Counted from the whole stretch's first letter, positions 1 to 14,514 are shown. The stretch is DNA of 63,971 nt, filler included, from Octopus bimaculoides (GCF_001194135.2; 3 parts of 3 records of this genome joined end to end with filler, not necessarily neighbours in it); one strand, 5' to 3'. Made by a program: numbers and translations. Notes: generated from the sequence alone by a model not told the origin.

Positions 1-213
1 ATGATAAAAGAAATCGGGCTTTTAGGCAGGTATATAGATAAATAAGAACGTAAACCTACTCACACACACATACAGATGTATTTCACAAAATTCTATTCAC
101 TCAACTTTGGTCAAACCGATGGTTATAAGTGAACTTCTCAAACACAAAGTTATGCATGTTCCTATTATCTCAATTAATATTATTTCAATTCGTTTCAAAC
201 ATTTTCTCTTTTC

Positions 214-254
<41 letters not shown>

Positions 255-264
255 NNNNNNNNNN

Positions 265-305
<41 letters not shown>

Positions 306-698
306 CACACCTATGCAAATATAGGCAGTTGCTTGATTCTGTATATGCGTATGTAGGCGTGTGTGTGTGTGTGTTATATTTCTACTCCGCTATTGGAGTA
401 AATCATTGGACTACAAACATTGTAAGGCACAGACTACAAATGATTATTCATTCACTGGAGCCGAGACAATAATTTTCTAAGACGCATGATAAAAGAAATC
501 GGGCTTTTAGGCAGGTATATAGATAAATAAGAACGTAAACCTACTCACACACACATACAGATGTATTTCACAAAATTCTATTCACTCAACTTTGGTCAAA
601 CCGATGGTTATAAGTGAACTTCTCAAACACAAAGTTATGCATGTTCCTATTATCTCAATTAATATTATTTCAATTCGTTTCAAACATTTTCTCTTTTC

Positions 699-742
<44 letters not shown>

Positions 743-2574
743 GTTTGTCTGTCTCCATCTACAAAGCTTTCAATATATCTATCCATGTATCTATCACTCA
801 AACTATCAATGTCTCACTTCTGGCTATATGATTTATTCATTTTGAGGGTGTGGGTTTGCTACTCCTAATTTCAAGAATTATTGTTACATTTGCTACCAAA
901 GACAGATATCTTTGGAAACATCATCGAAAAGTACAGGGTCAAAAGTTAACATTTATCAAATTTCGTGAGTCTTTTTTCTTTTTATTATTAATCTTTTCTT
1001 TTATGACATTTCAAAACACTGACAATAAATTATTCCCATCATTATCGATATGCATCTGAAACAGCAACAACAACAATATTTTTTTTTTTTTTTTTTCTCA
1101 ATGACAAATGCTTGAAAATGCAAAAACACACAAGAGATACAAAAAGTACAATGTAACGTTAAAAATTAGGAGGATGGAAATACAAAGAAGAGTGTGATGA
1201 GAACGGAGAAGCTATACAAAGACGAAAGAAGTGAAAGACGTAATACAATATACAAATAAATGAATTTAAAATCTATAAAGCAAGAATTTACGTAGAAATA
1301 CAAAAGTGCGATAAAGCATACACTAAGAGTGAATTATGTATATGAAAAAGATTAATTTCGACGTGCGTTAATCAGGGTACTCCGCTTCTCTGATATAATC
1401 TGCTGTGGGCTTTCTTATAATCACCTTATAGTATTGGTTCATGAAGAGTTCATGTGTTATACTGAGCTAGTAAGGACCGCTGTCCTCTGCATCATTGAAA
1501 TAAGATGTTTCGTAGAATGCCTCAACTTTAAAATGGTATTTTAGTATATCATACTAATTAAAATATGATTCAGTTCCTTTTCTCGATCTGTAGTTCTTTT
1601 GGATACTCCTTGTCCGTATTGTATAAGTATTTTATTAGAACTTTGTTATAAGAATTTTGCGAGTGATTGTGAATTTCATTTCATTCAGGTAAAAGTTTCG
1701 TTCAATCTCACGAATAATCAGTTCACCTTCAGATTCGGATTCTTCCTAGGCACAGACATTTTCCTTCGTAGAAAATCTATGCAACTTAGCCTTTTTAGTT
1801 CTTCACTTATTTCCTTTTATCATTTCAGTTTTTATTGCCTTGGCTCTATCTCCGTTTTATTGACAAAGTTTGATTTTTCCCATCAGCCCTTGCTTCTCAT
1901 TCGAAAACGTACACAGGCTAATGCTGCTGTGAAATGGTGTTTCCTTGCTATTTGTACTTACTGTATTTGTCTCTCTTTGTCTTCACTAGAGGTGGCTGGA
2001 GTGATTTGTATCTCAAGGCAATCGTGGCAATATCGACGAACAATTCTACTTGCTGACACATGAGTTGTGGCTCGTGTCACCCTCAGACCAATTACCTCCA
2101 TGGTTTGTGGGGATCTTTTTCTTCTATTCTTTATGATTTCTATGTTGAAAGTTTTAGGATGTGTTTTGCTAACACAAGCAAGCCGGTGAGTCGCTCACCC
2201 AACCTCAGTGCTGAACTTATTAGGATAATTTTCCCGGTATACTCTACGGGACATAGTTTAAATTTTGCTTAGTGGAGATATGTTATCATAACGAATTGTA
2301 CGTCCATGGACAACCCGTTTCATCACATATCGCTAAATTTTAAATCGACACTTTCCACTTATCCAATTAGTGCTACGAAGGAGACTATTGGCTGTGAGTG
2401 TTTGACATTACCACCGATGTTGCTAACGATAATCTATCTGTATTTCTTTGTCAAATACACCGGGATCACTGTATGAGCACGTATTTTGTATTCTATTGTA
2501 TATTGTGTGTTTTTTGTTTTGTTTTGTTTTTTCGCTACGTCTTATTTTAATAAATTTAGAATTTATCGTGTACG

Positions 2575-2925
2575 GCATAATTCCCATGGACCTGAAATTC
2601 AAGATTTCCCGGTAAGGAAAAAACCCACATGTTCAAAATGCTCTCTACTTTTCCGACTTCTGATTGCGTGATTCTGGCTCTCCACCAAACTGGAAACGAC
2701 GTTCAATTTGAAGTGATTTGAGTCGCGTGAGAGAATCATAAGGAAAGCGACGGCGGCACTCATTGGCATTTCACAGAAGGTATTCCAGACGTGTTACCAG
2801 CAGTTGTAACAACGCTGGGGAAAGTGTGTGAGCTCCCCCAGTGGGTATTTTCAAAGTGATTGAATAAGATTTGTGAAATGTGCAATTTTTTTCAGGCCTA
2901 AAATTCGAATGCTACTTCAAGGCAT
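2575..2925 (+). mobile_element. mariner (Tc1/mariner) transposase C-terminal remnant plus right end
   Basis: From 2671 the frame reads FWLSTKLETTFNLK*FESRERIIRKATAALIGISQKVFQTCYQQL*QRWGKCVSSPSGYFQSD* (stop 2861-2863), matching the mariner C-terminus pattern DFWLFPKLK...RWxKCVxxxGxYFE. It carries in-frame stops and a frameshift upstream. Confidence 0.85.
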
Positions 2926-3240
2926 GTATATGCATACATACATGCATACATACATACACACATACATACATACATACGTACATATACATACGTATGTATA
3001 TGTGTATATATATATATCTAAATATGTGCGCACACACACACAAATATATATATATATGTATATGTATGTATGTATGTATGTATATATGCATGTATGTATG
3101 TATTGTCTTTTAAAATATATATTAATACATAAGTAGTTTTGAATTTCATGATGTTGAAATGTAGTGTGAAATCGAACTAATGAAACGGATCTAAACCGTA
3201 TTTTTCCTTGACTCTGAAAATGTGATCCTTTTTTTTCCAG

Positions 3241-3456
3241 AGAAATGATGGTTCCAATTACCATTATTTGATGTACAATATAAGTGGTCACAACATCAAA
3301 GATCCATATGAATCTATGAATGATAATCCTGCCAAAAGTTGTGTCAAAACTGTTTCAGGCCAACGATTGTATCATGTGGTAGCATTGATAACAATTGCGT
3401 TGTATCTATGTGTTAGATCAAGCGACAATACTGGCGATAATTACGCCAAACGTTAA
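3241..3456 (+). CDS. probable terminal coding exon of an unidentified gene (upstream exons would lie before the window)
   Basis: Strong acceptor CCTTTTTTTTCCAG ends at 3240. The phase-0 frame is open: [77 protein letters not shown] follows at ~3522. The sequence is non-repetitive. Confidence 0.5.
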   Translation, partial: RNDGSNYHYLMYNISGHNIKDPYESMNDNPAKSCVKTVSGQRLYHVVALITIALYLCVRSSDNTGDNYAKR

Positions 3457-4374
3457 GGCTCCGTTGATTTAGCGAATGTGTCATGTGATATTATGAATAA
3501 TAATTTGTCATAATCAGTAAAAATAAAATAAATAACTTGCTTCTTTATATATGATTATGCGTGAGAATGCTTGCTTGTTTATGCGTGATTCTGTGTGAAA
3601 ATGCTCCTGTTTAAAATAATGTTTAGTTTATTCAATCGTGGTTTATATATTTTTTGATAAACATATTTTCTTTCTTTGTCCGTATTTCCTCTGTGGCTCT
3701 GTCGGAGATAGGATCAGAAAGACGACAAATATTGCTGATTTGTTTGTCGCGTATAAGTTTAAATGTTCATTAATCGTACCAAAGTACGATTTGAACGGCA
3801 ACTCTATCATCGTTACTAACTATACAGCCTCTCAATCCTTATTCAGTTAAAGAGATTGTTTTAGAATAATAGATATATGCTTCCATTAAATATGTAACTT
3901 GTGCCTCAATAATCACCTGAATTTGGTTCCAATTATTTTTGTTGATGTATTAACTTTGTTGTTGATTGTCTTTGTATGAGCAATGTTGTTCATGACAATG
4001 AGTTCGTTTTTAACATTTAACAATCTTCTCGGGTATTTGCAGGTGTTTCTTATGAAATAATTAAGTATGCTACAACAGTGAGTCAGTGCACTTGCATCTT
4101 ACCTGTATATACTATACTTACATTCCGCTGAGTTTGAAACTCTCATTCTATCATTACCAATCATATAATAGATTTTATATTTTCTTCATTGTTAAAAATT
4201 TAATCAAAATCGCATTTGATATCGTCGACATTGTCATCATCGTCATTATCATCAACGTCATGGATAGAATCATAATTTTCTCCATCGTATTTGCACCCAT
4301 CATCATTTTCTGCAATTTTCCATTTTATATTTATGCTGTTCATTTTAATGCCAGATTTTATAAACTATACATAT

Positions 4375-4725
4375 AGTAGGCATAACAGTGGTTTCAGATC
4401 AATCCCGCTTCGTGGCAGCTAAGGCATGTGTCTACTGTTAAAGCGACGGGATTTGAGGGTGAATTTCGCAGGCGAAAACTGTGGGGAAGACCCTCGTGTG
4501 TACAGACACACACACATAACAAGATGTGCGTGTCTCTTTGTGTTTCTCTCCCCACCACTTGATAAACGGTAATGATGTGTTTACATCTCAGTAACTAGCG
4601 GTTCTGCAAACAGACCGATAGAATCAGTACACAAACATAAAAAATAAATACTTGGGTCGATTTGATCGACTAAACCCTTCAAGTTAGTACTTCATCATAA
4701 TTGCAGTCCAATGACTAAAACAAAT
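4375..4725 (+). mobile_element. degenerate long-family SINE (tRNA-type head, CA/GT-rich middle)
   Basis: Colinear but diverged match to the better-preserved copies at 39037-39331 and 40220-40632 (gtaactagcggttc...agaccgatagaatcagtac...gtcgattt). Confidence 0.7.
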
Positions 4726-4732
4726 ACAGAAA

Positions 4733-5190
4733 TGTCAGGCTGAGTATAAAGTATGCAACGTGTTGAAGCTTGAAATTTATAACAATATATTTGAACAATG
4801 CGGAAATTTTATTCACCAAAGAGCTGATGAATTCTTTGAACGTACTTTCAGCATCGGTTTCATTTTTAAACACCTTCTTTCGCAGGAAGCCATAAACGTG
4901 CTTGAAAAAGTGGTAGTCGATAGGAGAAAGGTCTGGGGAATAAGCTGGGTGGGAAGAACTTCATAGCCAAGTTCCCTCAACTTCTGGAGCGTCATTAGTG
5001 ACACGTGTGGTCGAGCATTGTCATGAAGAATGATTGGTCTTCTTTTGTTGACCAGTCTTGGACGGAGGAGAAGCAGTTTCTCGTTCATTTTGGCAATTTC
5101 ATGGCAATATGCTTCTGCAGTAATTTTTCCAGATTTTAAGAAATTATAGTGACTGAATCCAGCAGTACACCACCAAACTTTCACCAGACG
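4733..5190 (-). mobile_element. mariner transposase fragment (D,D34D catalytic region), frameshifted
   Basis: ORF 4813-5184(-) contains the mariner motifs VWW and ILHDNARPH and KLRELGYEVL. After a frameshift it continues as AYSPDLSPIDYHFFKH, the YSPDL motif. Confidence 0.92.
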
Positions 5191-5364
5191 TCTATTCTTT
5201 GGGAATAGTAGGAGGAAGAAATGTTCTCCTTGTTGAATTTTTGAATTTCTGAATTTCTTTTTCTTTTACTTGTAGACTTTTTCTTTTCTTTTTAAAAGTT
5301 TGCTGTGGTTTACAAGTTTTTGTAATTGTGCAGTTTGTATATATTAGCAGGTGCTTACCTCCTT

Positions 5365-5395
<31 letters not shown>

Positions 5396-7364
5396 NNNNN
5401 NNNNNNNNNNNNNNNNNNNNNNNNNNNNNNNNNNNNNNNNNNNNNNNNNNNNNNNNNNNNNNNNNNNNNNNNNNNNNNNNNNNNNNNNNNNNNNNNNNNN
5501 NNNNNNNNNNNNNNNNNNNNNNNNNNNNNNNNNNNNNNNNNNNNNNNNNNNNNNNNNNNNNNNNNNNNNNNNNNNNNNNNNNNNNNNNNNNNNNNNNNNN
5601 NNNNNNNNNNNNNNNNNNNNNNNNNNNNNNNNNNNNNNNNNNNNNNNNNNNNNNNNNNNNNNNNNNNNNNNNNNNNNNNNNNNNNNNNNNNNNNNNNNNN
5701 NNNNNNNNNNNNNNNNNNNNNNNNNNNNNNNNNNNNNNNNNNNNNNNNNNNNNNNNNNNNNNNNNNNNNNNNNNNNNNNNNNNNNNNNNNNNNNNNNNNN
5801 NNNNNNNNNNNNNNNNNNNNNNNNNNNNNNNNNNNNNNNNNNNNNNNNNNNNNNNNNNNNNNNNNNNNNNNNNNNNNNNNNNNNNNNNNNNNNNNNNNNN
5901 NNNNNNNNNNNNNNNNNNNNNNNNNNNNNNNNNNNNNNNNNNNNNNNNNNNNNNNNNNNNNNNNNNNNNNNNNNNNNNNNNNNNNNNNNNNNNNNNNNNN
6001 NNNNNNNNNNNNNNNNNNNNNNNNNNNNNNNNNNNNNNNNNNNNNNNNNNNNNNNNNNNNNNNNNNNNNNNNNNNNNNNNNNNNNNNNNNNNNNNNNNNN
6101 NNNNNNNNNNNNNNNNNNNNNNNNNNNNNNNNNNNNNNNNNNNNNNNNNNNNNNNNNNNNNNNNNNNNNNNNNNNNNNNNNNNNNNNNNNNNNNNNNNNN
6201 NNNNNNNNNNNNNNNNNNNNNNNNNNNNNNNNNNNNNNNNATATATATATATATATATATATATACACGCACGCACACGGACACACATGCTTACATGAAT
6301 ATATGTGTGTACAAATGTAAAACTAATGATAAGAAACGTACGCAATCGAATAGAGAAAAATAGAGATATTAATATATTCAAATGTCACATACAACGTTAG
6401 TCACGTTAATTCCAAATTCGAAAGACACAAGAAAAGTCTTTTAAGTTCCAGTGATCTGAACAAATCAGTAACATTTGGCATCTATTCCATTTTCTCCGAT
6501 TTCTCATTTATTTTCTTTCCTTTGGATGAAATGCATAATCCGAAACGCTGGCTCCTATTTTATAACTTCTATTGGCTTTTTTTATTTGCATTGTATACAC
6601 TTTTTCTTTGCTTTTGTTTCGTTTCATATTCCACACGTGCTCCATATTGATTATTTGTCTGTCTCTTCTACCCCATATGCTTCCTATTGTACTGTTGTGT
6701 TTTGTTTTTCTGTCTACTTATGTATGAATGAATGACTGTATGCATGTTTGTATGTAAGTATGTAAGTGTACGTATGTATGCATGTACGTATATATGTATG
6801 TATTTATCTGACTATCGATCTATGGATCTATCTATCTATATTTGTGAGAGAGAGAGAGAGAGAGAGAGATGTGCAAGTCCATTTTATACTGTATGTGTCC
6901 TTGAGGCAGATAAATAAACTGTTATGATTATTGATCATAAAAGGAATTGACAAAGATAAAATTAAAGTTGAACAACACTACTAAAAGGGATTATTTAATT
7001 TATTTGCGCTAAATTATATTACACCCGAACAGTAACTGATCTAATGGATTATATTTTATTTATAGCTTTGAGTGGAACGGCATTATAAAATTTACATCAT
7101 TTAGGCAATTCTTAAAATTTGACATAGGTGTGTGTGTATTATGTGTGTGTGTGTGCACTTATAAATACACACAAATAATTATATACATATATATGCATAT
7201 ATTTATAGTATTTATGATTGTGTAGACATACATTCATTCGTACATATGTTCGTACATACGTTCATTAACCAGATGCAAAGAAATATATGAATATATGTGT
7301 ATGTGTGTATGCACGCTTTCATGTTTAAATATTTGAAGTATGTATGTGTGTATAAATGTGTGTA

Positions 7365-7415
<51 letters not shown>

Positions 7416-9490
7416 GTCTATGTACTTATGCATATATAGATACATAGAGATAGACACAGAGAGGGGGAGACAGAGAGACAGGCAGACAGACAGATGAACA
7501 GACAGACAGACAAATATACGGACAGACAAACAGACGGACAGACCAGCAGACAGACAGATATGCATGAGAGAATAAATGAGCACTCGCGACATTTGGTGTT
7601 GGAGTTAAATGTGTCTGGTGACATTTTGACAGCAGTGAATATGTGTACTGGTATCAATAGCCATCATCAGCAGACTAATTTTCCTACCTTGAAACCAGTC
7701 TGAGACGATACACAAGCAATTAGTAAAAGAGTAGAGGAAAAGTGTATTCTAAGATGATTCGTATTTATAAGAAATAAAACTAAGCGGCTACCTTAATGCA
7801 ATTGTTACAAATAATTCTTAGAAAAGAAGTTATTTCATGGCAGCATTTTGAATACATTGACGAAAAATGTTATCCTATGTACAATACATTATAAATGCTG
7901 GTCCTATAGAAATTAACTTTGCTTTGAAACGAAGTTAACGAACATGGTGTCTAATGTGCATATATTTATTTGCTATTACTGCGGGTCACCATTAAGCTTT
8001 AATATGAATAGTGTAGAGAAGCTATTATCTTCTGATATCAATGCGAAAACAGCGTCACGCTTTATAAAATCTAACGTTTCGACAATTAACATCCATAACA
8101 CTGACGCCATCTTTTAATGTCACACTACATGACTCCTCCTACCCAAGTCTGTTAACAAGAACTATCATACTCTTTCAAATCAAATACTTAGTCCTAATAA
8201 TTTCTAGTGACCCTACACTAGACGAAAAGGTTATAAACCGTCTCATACATGAATCTGTAAATTTTGCACAAAACCAGGAATTGCTTAACGAGGATAATAC
8301 AATCAATTAACGCAACCCTACATTCCTTTACCTGATAGGAATAATAGCTAAAATTTCTTAAACTCATATCCGACCTTCTTAGAAATGGTAGGGAGCATTA
8401 AATAATGTGCCTGAATAAAGGACGAGAGAAGCAGATCAAATTAACTTCAGCAGATTTTGGGCATAAAATGAACTGGAATATAGCGAAATGCCACGAAAGA
8501 TTTACTCATGCCACTTTCGTAGAAATACGAGAAAAGATAGTTGATTAAGCTGGAATGAATGAGATTGGATAGCCTTTGCTATGCCAGGGGAAAAGCCGTC
8601 GCATAGAAAGATGTCAGAGAATAATAAGGGAGAATGAAAAGAAGAAAGGGAGGAAAATTAATGAATGAAATAAATAAATATATATGTAAAGAAAGAAACA
8701 TTAGTAATAAATCATATAGAAGAAAATTGTGATTTGTCAGTGAGTACTTCGTTGCCCCAAAACCGAATATTCGCCTTAAGAAAGTATTGTGCATCTGTGG
8801 GGATCAGCAGCATCGAAATTAATGTGAGTCATGTTTGAAATCTGTAGAAAATAAGCAAATATAAAGCTACATTAAGTGATACGACTCCAACTCACGAGTT
8901 TAAGAGTTTTGGTGAGTACAGATTTTGCTGTTAGTCACCAGTACTCCAAAGTTTGCTCTGACCCCAGTTATATTAAATACCAGAAAATTATTTTGCGGTT
9001 AAAGCCAACAAGATTTCGAGAAGGGCTAGCCCACCGTTGTGCTGACATGTTTTAAAATCACATGATGGTATCTCTCTGTTGAAAGAATAAATACACAAAG
9101 CATCTAAAGAGTAATCTTGGGAGAGTGGGTGACTAGCAATGCAACTGTAATAAACCGGCAGAATGCCATTGGAATTCATTTCTCTATGTTGCCCAAGAAA
9201 GACTCGTGTGTCTTTGAGATATTCATATGGAGACTCGTGAACGCAGACATCTGTAATCTAGGTACACGAAGAGAGAGTGGCAACTATTCACGTTCGAAGT
9301 ATTTGCTCTTGTCTACAATAAAATTGTAGTGCCTTCTATTTAAGCTTTCATCATTGATACTTAAATTGATATATCTGTGTGACATGTCACTTTATGAATC
9401 TGAGAAAATAATTAAATATGATGAATTAACTCCATTTTGAAAAATGTATGTCGGTATGCAATATTGTCTTATGTTCCATGTAGCATTAGT

Positions 9491-9598
9491 AGTAGATTTT
9501 GATGTTCATGTTTTTAATGTTATTAATGTAGTTGTACTGACACGTCGGTAAAACAACATTAATAACATTAAAAAACAAAACGAACTATCAAAAACACT
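9491..9598. repeat. imperfect ~50-bp-arm inverted repeat with a 4-nt loop
   Basis: TTTTTAATGTTATTAATGT (9511-9529) pairs exactly with ACATTAATAACATTAAAAA. Pairing extends with mismatches to 9491 and 9598. Confidence 0.8.
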
Positions 9599-10194
9599 TA
9601 CTATTGAACGGAACGCAGCTGTCGCCATAAGACAACTCATAATCTTTTACGTTTTTTCTCTTTGTTTTATGTTTTCTGTGCGTTTTGTTCTTTTCATTCG
9701 GATATCTGCATAAACTTCAGTTTATAAAGTCAGTCTAATGTTCTCATAAGATTCATAACATGAATACTGGTTTCAATGGGAAACTAAGAATTATATTTTG
9801 AATTTTTCCTTGAAATTTCATCTCTTACGGTGACACGTCTAGAAAATATGGAACGTTAAAAGCTAACTGCTTGATACATTTAAATCTTTTTTATTCATGA
9901 AACTCATACGAAGGCTGCAATATTACTCTGATGACTTTAGTATTGATAAATGGGTGAATGCCTTAGAAACCAATATTGCTGATAGGTTCAATGTTTCACA
10001 TTTCTAGAAACAAATTCAAATTCCCAAATAGTTCAAATTTATCACCCTCGAAAATGAGGTCATATCAGCGCATTCGACTCAGCATCGAAATGTAACAAAA
10101 CATCTCACAGCTGAACAACCGGTGCTTTTGCATGTATCTACCGGGCACTATTCTGTAGTAATTTCTTTAATTGTTACACATAGATGCAGTTACG

Positions 10195-10565
10195 ATGGCG
10201 TGGCAACAAAATGTACTTCCCAACCACATGCTTTCAGGTTCAGTCCCACTCTGCGTTAGTTTTAGCCCCGGGCCGACTAAAACTTTAAGGATGGATTTGG
10301 TAGACTGAAACCGAAAGCTTCCTTTCGGTTATACATACGTGTGTGAGTGTGTTCATGTGTATGTAAGGAGGTATGTGGGTCTTTGTGCTAGTGTCTGTCC
10401 CCTCAATGCTGAACAACTAGTGCTGGTATGTTTACTCCCGTACCTTAATGGTTCGGCAAAAGAGGTCGAGAGATAATAAAGAACAGACTTTAAAAAAATC
10501 CTTGAATGTGTTGCCTTTGAGTGACCGAAGTCCAATGAGTGAAACAAACAAAAGAAGAAAAATAA
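10195..10565 (+). mobile_element. long-family SINE copy
   Basis: Contains cccaaccacatg...ggttcagtcccact, gggccgac...ggatttggtagactgaaac and ggttcggcaaaagag, shared with the other copies in the window. Confidence 0.8.
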
Positions 10566-12645
10566 TAGGGAGCTGACCACCTAATATTTGCACACGCAAT
10601 TAAAACTTACCAAAAATTTCTGCATCCTGCAATAAACATAAGAGAAGTAGAGTATAAATTATAAAGTTCGATGGACAGCTTGCCGACCAGTGCTAGGCTA
10701 CGTTGGTTTTCGTCGCGTTACCACAAAGCTATTCAACTCATAAGCACTGGGGTATATAATTTAATGTGTTTTTTTTTTAATGCAAAAGCTTGTTTATATA
10801 AATTGATTTCTATTCATACACAATATCTCAGTGTGTAAGAGTGAGTGTCTGTGTAAAAGCATATATTTTGGCATGCACATATCAAAATTATTATATAATA
10901 CAAATACATATATATATATATGTATGTATGCGTATTTACACATGCAAACACTCAAGCATCTATGTGTGCGCGTGTGTGTATGTAAAGATATAACAGAACG
11001 TATATATCCTTACTTGCATATATTTATATGTGCACATTTGCGTTTGTGTGTGTGTGCATTTGTGTGTGTGTTTCTGTAAACGTGTANNNNNNNNNNNNNN
11101 NNNNNNNNNNNNNNNNNNNNNNNNNNNNNNNNNNNNNNNNNNNNNNNNNNNNNNNNNNNNNNNNNNNNNNNNNNNNNNNNNNNNNNNNNNNNNNNNNNNN
11201 NNNNNNNNNNNNNNNNNNNNNNNNNNNNNNNNNNNATATATATATATATATACATTTGTATATATACACATATATATACATATATATATATATGTATGTA
11301 TGCGTATTTACACATGCAAACACTCAAGCATCTATGTGTGCGCGTGTGTGTATGTAAAGATATAACAGAACGTATATATCCTTACTTGCATATATTTATA
11401 TGTGCACATTTGCGTTTGTGTGTGTGTGCATTTGTGTGTGTGTTTCTGTAAACGTGTATCAGTAAGGTGATAATAGGAAGCAGATGACTAATGTCGCGAT
11501 GTATTTTAAAAATCTAAGTTGAACATAATTCCTAAAATATGTGTTGAAGTTTCATTATCGGTATGTTGAAGTACATTCAGTCCTGGAATAGTAATCGCTT
11601 TAAAATAACTAAACATGGAATAATGAACACTGCATACACAATTACAGTTGTTGAAGCCTGTTGGGGAAAAAAGCCCAGTTCGAAAATACGAAGTTAAATT
11701 GAATTAGATTTAATCAATCGCAGCCTGCAAGGAAATATTGCAATCGATACGAACTGATTCTGGCTATATATATATATACGTGTATATGTGTGAGGTGTTT
11801 GTGTGTGTGTGTGAGAGTGTGTAGTTGTGTGTATGCATATGTGTGGGTGTGTGTACGTATGTGTGTGTATGAGTCTGTGCGCAGACGAACATACATGTAA
11901 GCATATGCGTCTATGCAGACTCAAGGATAACTATGTATTTATGTGAATGTATGTGTCTATGCATGAATTGTTGTGTTTCTTTGTGAGTGCATGTGTGATT
12001 GTGTATGAATCTATGATTGCGTGTGTGCGCGCAGAAGCACACACACTCACTCCCATGGACATAGTGATTATGTGACCACGCAGACACAATGGTGTATAAA
12101 TATCTATATGTGAGTGTCAACACGTGTGTTTATGTATACGTGAGTTCGTGCGTGTATTTGTGAATGCGTATGTGTGCGTGTGTATGTTTGTGAGGGGGAA
12201 TGTAATTTGGTTTCACGCAAGCTGTGTCATTTCTACTGAGCTGATGAGTAGTGAAACCAGAGATATTTTTAGTTTCTTTCTAGTCATTGACATTAAAATT
12301 CGTAATAAAATGTAGCAAATTATTTTTGTTTTCCCTCACTCTCTCTCTCACTTCTTTCCACATTCGCTCTCACCTTCTTTTTCTCTCTGTCTCACTCACT
12401 CAATATGTGTGTATGTGTATGTGTGTACGTGTGTGTGTGTGTGTGTGCGGTAAACATTTCTGCAAAAGTCATTCAGTCGAATCTGTTATATCAGTTATGC
12501 TAACGTTCGACTTCTTCATTTATTTCAAAATATATTTTATGACATCTGTATATANNNNNNNNNNNNNNNNNNNNNNNNNNNNNNNNNNNNNNNNNNNNNN
12601 NNNNNNNNNNNNNNNNNNNNNNNNNNNNNNNNNNNNNNNNNNNNN

Positions 12646-12698
<53 letters not shown>

Positions 12699-13343
12699 TG
12701 TGTGTTTGCGTGTGTGTGCGTGTGTGTGTATATGCGTGTGTGTATAGCTATATATATATATATATATATATATGTCTCTGTCTGTGTATGAATATATTCA
12801 TATATATATATATATGTATAAATATAAATGTTTATATATGTATATATATATATATGTATATATATATATGTATATATACGTATATATATGCATATATATG
12901 CATATATATATTTGTATATGTTTGTATATATATTTGTACATGCATATATAATGTATGTATATGCATCTATACATATACATACATACATACATACATATAG
13001 ATATATGTGTATGTATTAATGATGTATTTATTGTTTATATATTTCTAGCGAAATGGTGAAAGTTAGATTTGTCGCCGTTTCATTCAAATTAGCAACCACT
13101 TCAAAAATCTGCGAGATTCAAGCACACTATTTCAGGAGATCTAATTAACGGTTATTAGGAAAAACAGTAAACAGCTTTTCGATTTAAACACATGAATTCT
13201 CTATTAGTATGCATCACAAGTATCTTTTACAATGGCACACACTCACAAACAGAGGGGTAGGTACACAAATACACACAGAATCACAAAATTATATACATAT
13301 GTTTATATGTGTGTGTGGATATATGTATATATATATATATATA

Positions 13344-13426
<83 letters not shown>

Positions 13427-14208
13427 TCATATCCCTTTGTACTTAGAGTTTTTTATGTAAATACATGTGTATCTACATACATGCACGGTCACACAATATA
13501 ATATATATATGTGTGTATATATGTGAATAGATATACATTTAGATCATTTGATATATGTTTATCACAAACTTAACCAGCGAAAAAATTGTTTTCACTGCGG
13601 TTTGCCGTTGATAAACTTTCCCACTTTATGCAATAGGTATTAAAGCACCGATAACTATTCTATGGCAGACTCTGGTGGAACAATGAATACATTTCTATCT
13701 ATTTCTATAACATAAGCACCGAGTACTTCAAGAGAGAAGACCTTTCGAAACCTGGAGTGATTCCCAGCGACAAAATATCATAGTAGGCACATTATAGTAA
13801 TATTGTGAGTACACATATTCGAACTGCTCTAAATGATTGTTTACTCACAGCGCTGCTTCCACGAGCCTACTGCAATACATACATACGTACATGCACACTT
13901 ACATATATAAAAGTTCCAAATGTGAATTTGTCCGTGTTAACTACATCCCAAAGATAGAGCCTTGTATCTTTGTTGGAAACCGGCTCCCTCCTCAGTGGAA
14001 GATTTATAATTATAAAAAAAATAGAATAGACATGCATACATTCATATATACACACATACTTACTTCCATGGATGGCATTACGCCAGTTCCGATCAAAGGA
14101 ACTGCACGCTTTTGGAATTAACGTGCAGTGGCTGAGCACCCTACACACATGCGTATTCATAAATATGATCTGCGTTCCTTGAACTTTCCTTATCCATATA
14201 TTTCCAAA

Positions 14209-14514
14209 TTAACCTTTTAATTTCGGTGAGAACTTCTTTATGCCATATAGTTCCATTGTCTTTTGGAAGTTTGGATCGTTCCTTGAGCATTTATAGAACA
14301 GGAAGATCTTGAGTTTTCTTCTCCAAATAAATTTCAAATGTTTGCCCAGTGGAATTTTCCGTAGTTCCTCTTGTCGGATTTGCTGTCTGTGAAATCTTGC
14401 GCATTGGCAAATGAAATTGTTGGTTTCACCAATATAATTTTCCTTGCATTTGGGGCAAGTAATGTGGTAGATGAGATTTTATGTCTTGCAGTTCGTATTT
14501 GCATTTACGTAGAA
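14209..14514 (-). mobile_element. Penelope-like element GIY-YIG endonuclease remnant
   Basis: Minus strand reads FYVNANTNCKT*NLIYHITCPKCKENYIGETNN...HRQQIRQEELRKIPLGKHL...IKKFSPKLKG*. This has the PLE GIY-YIG signature (IY...CxxC..YIGET) plus one in-frame stop. Confidence 0.88.

Noticed and set aside
1-740. Exact duplication of 1-254 at 486-739
   Set aside because: The copies are identical and abut a gap where (CTAT)n flips to (ATAG)n, so an assembly artefact is most likely.
1350-2450. Possible degraded R2-superfamily LINE on the minus strand (SVPRK and DNISPL look-alikes); similar weak hints at 3700-4000, 16480-16590 and 27250-27600
   Set aside because: The motif matches are too weak to support a call without an alignment.
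4043-4077. Possible small plus-strand exon (GVSYEIIKYATT) with AG and GTGAGT; similar candidates at 8740-8825, 8875-8911 and 13890-13995
   Set aside because: They are short and isolated, with no recognisable protein. Such splice-site pairs are expected by chance.
5326-6381. Long ORFs with X runs, plus the many YI/CV/HT/ER/LS-repeat ORFs throughout the track
   Set aside because: They are translations of gaps and microsatellites.
10920-11457. Identical ~167-bp blocks on both sides of a gap
   Set aside because: This is the typical unmerged contig overlap.
12238-12262. CTGATGAG-tagt-GAAAC hammerhead-like string
   Set aside because: There is no convincing stem I, stem III or cleavage triplet, and it is short enough to arise by chance.
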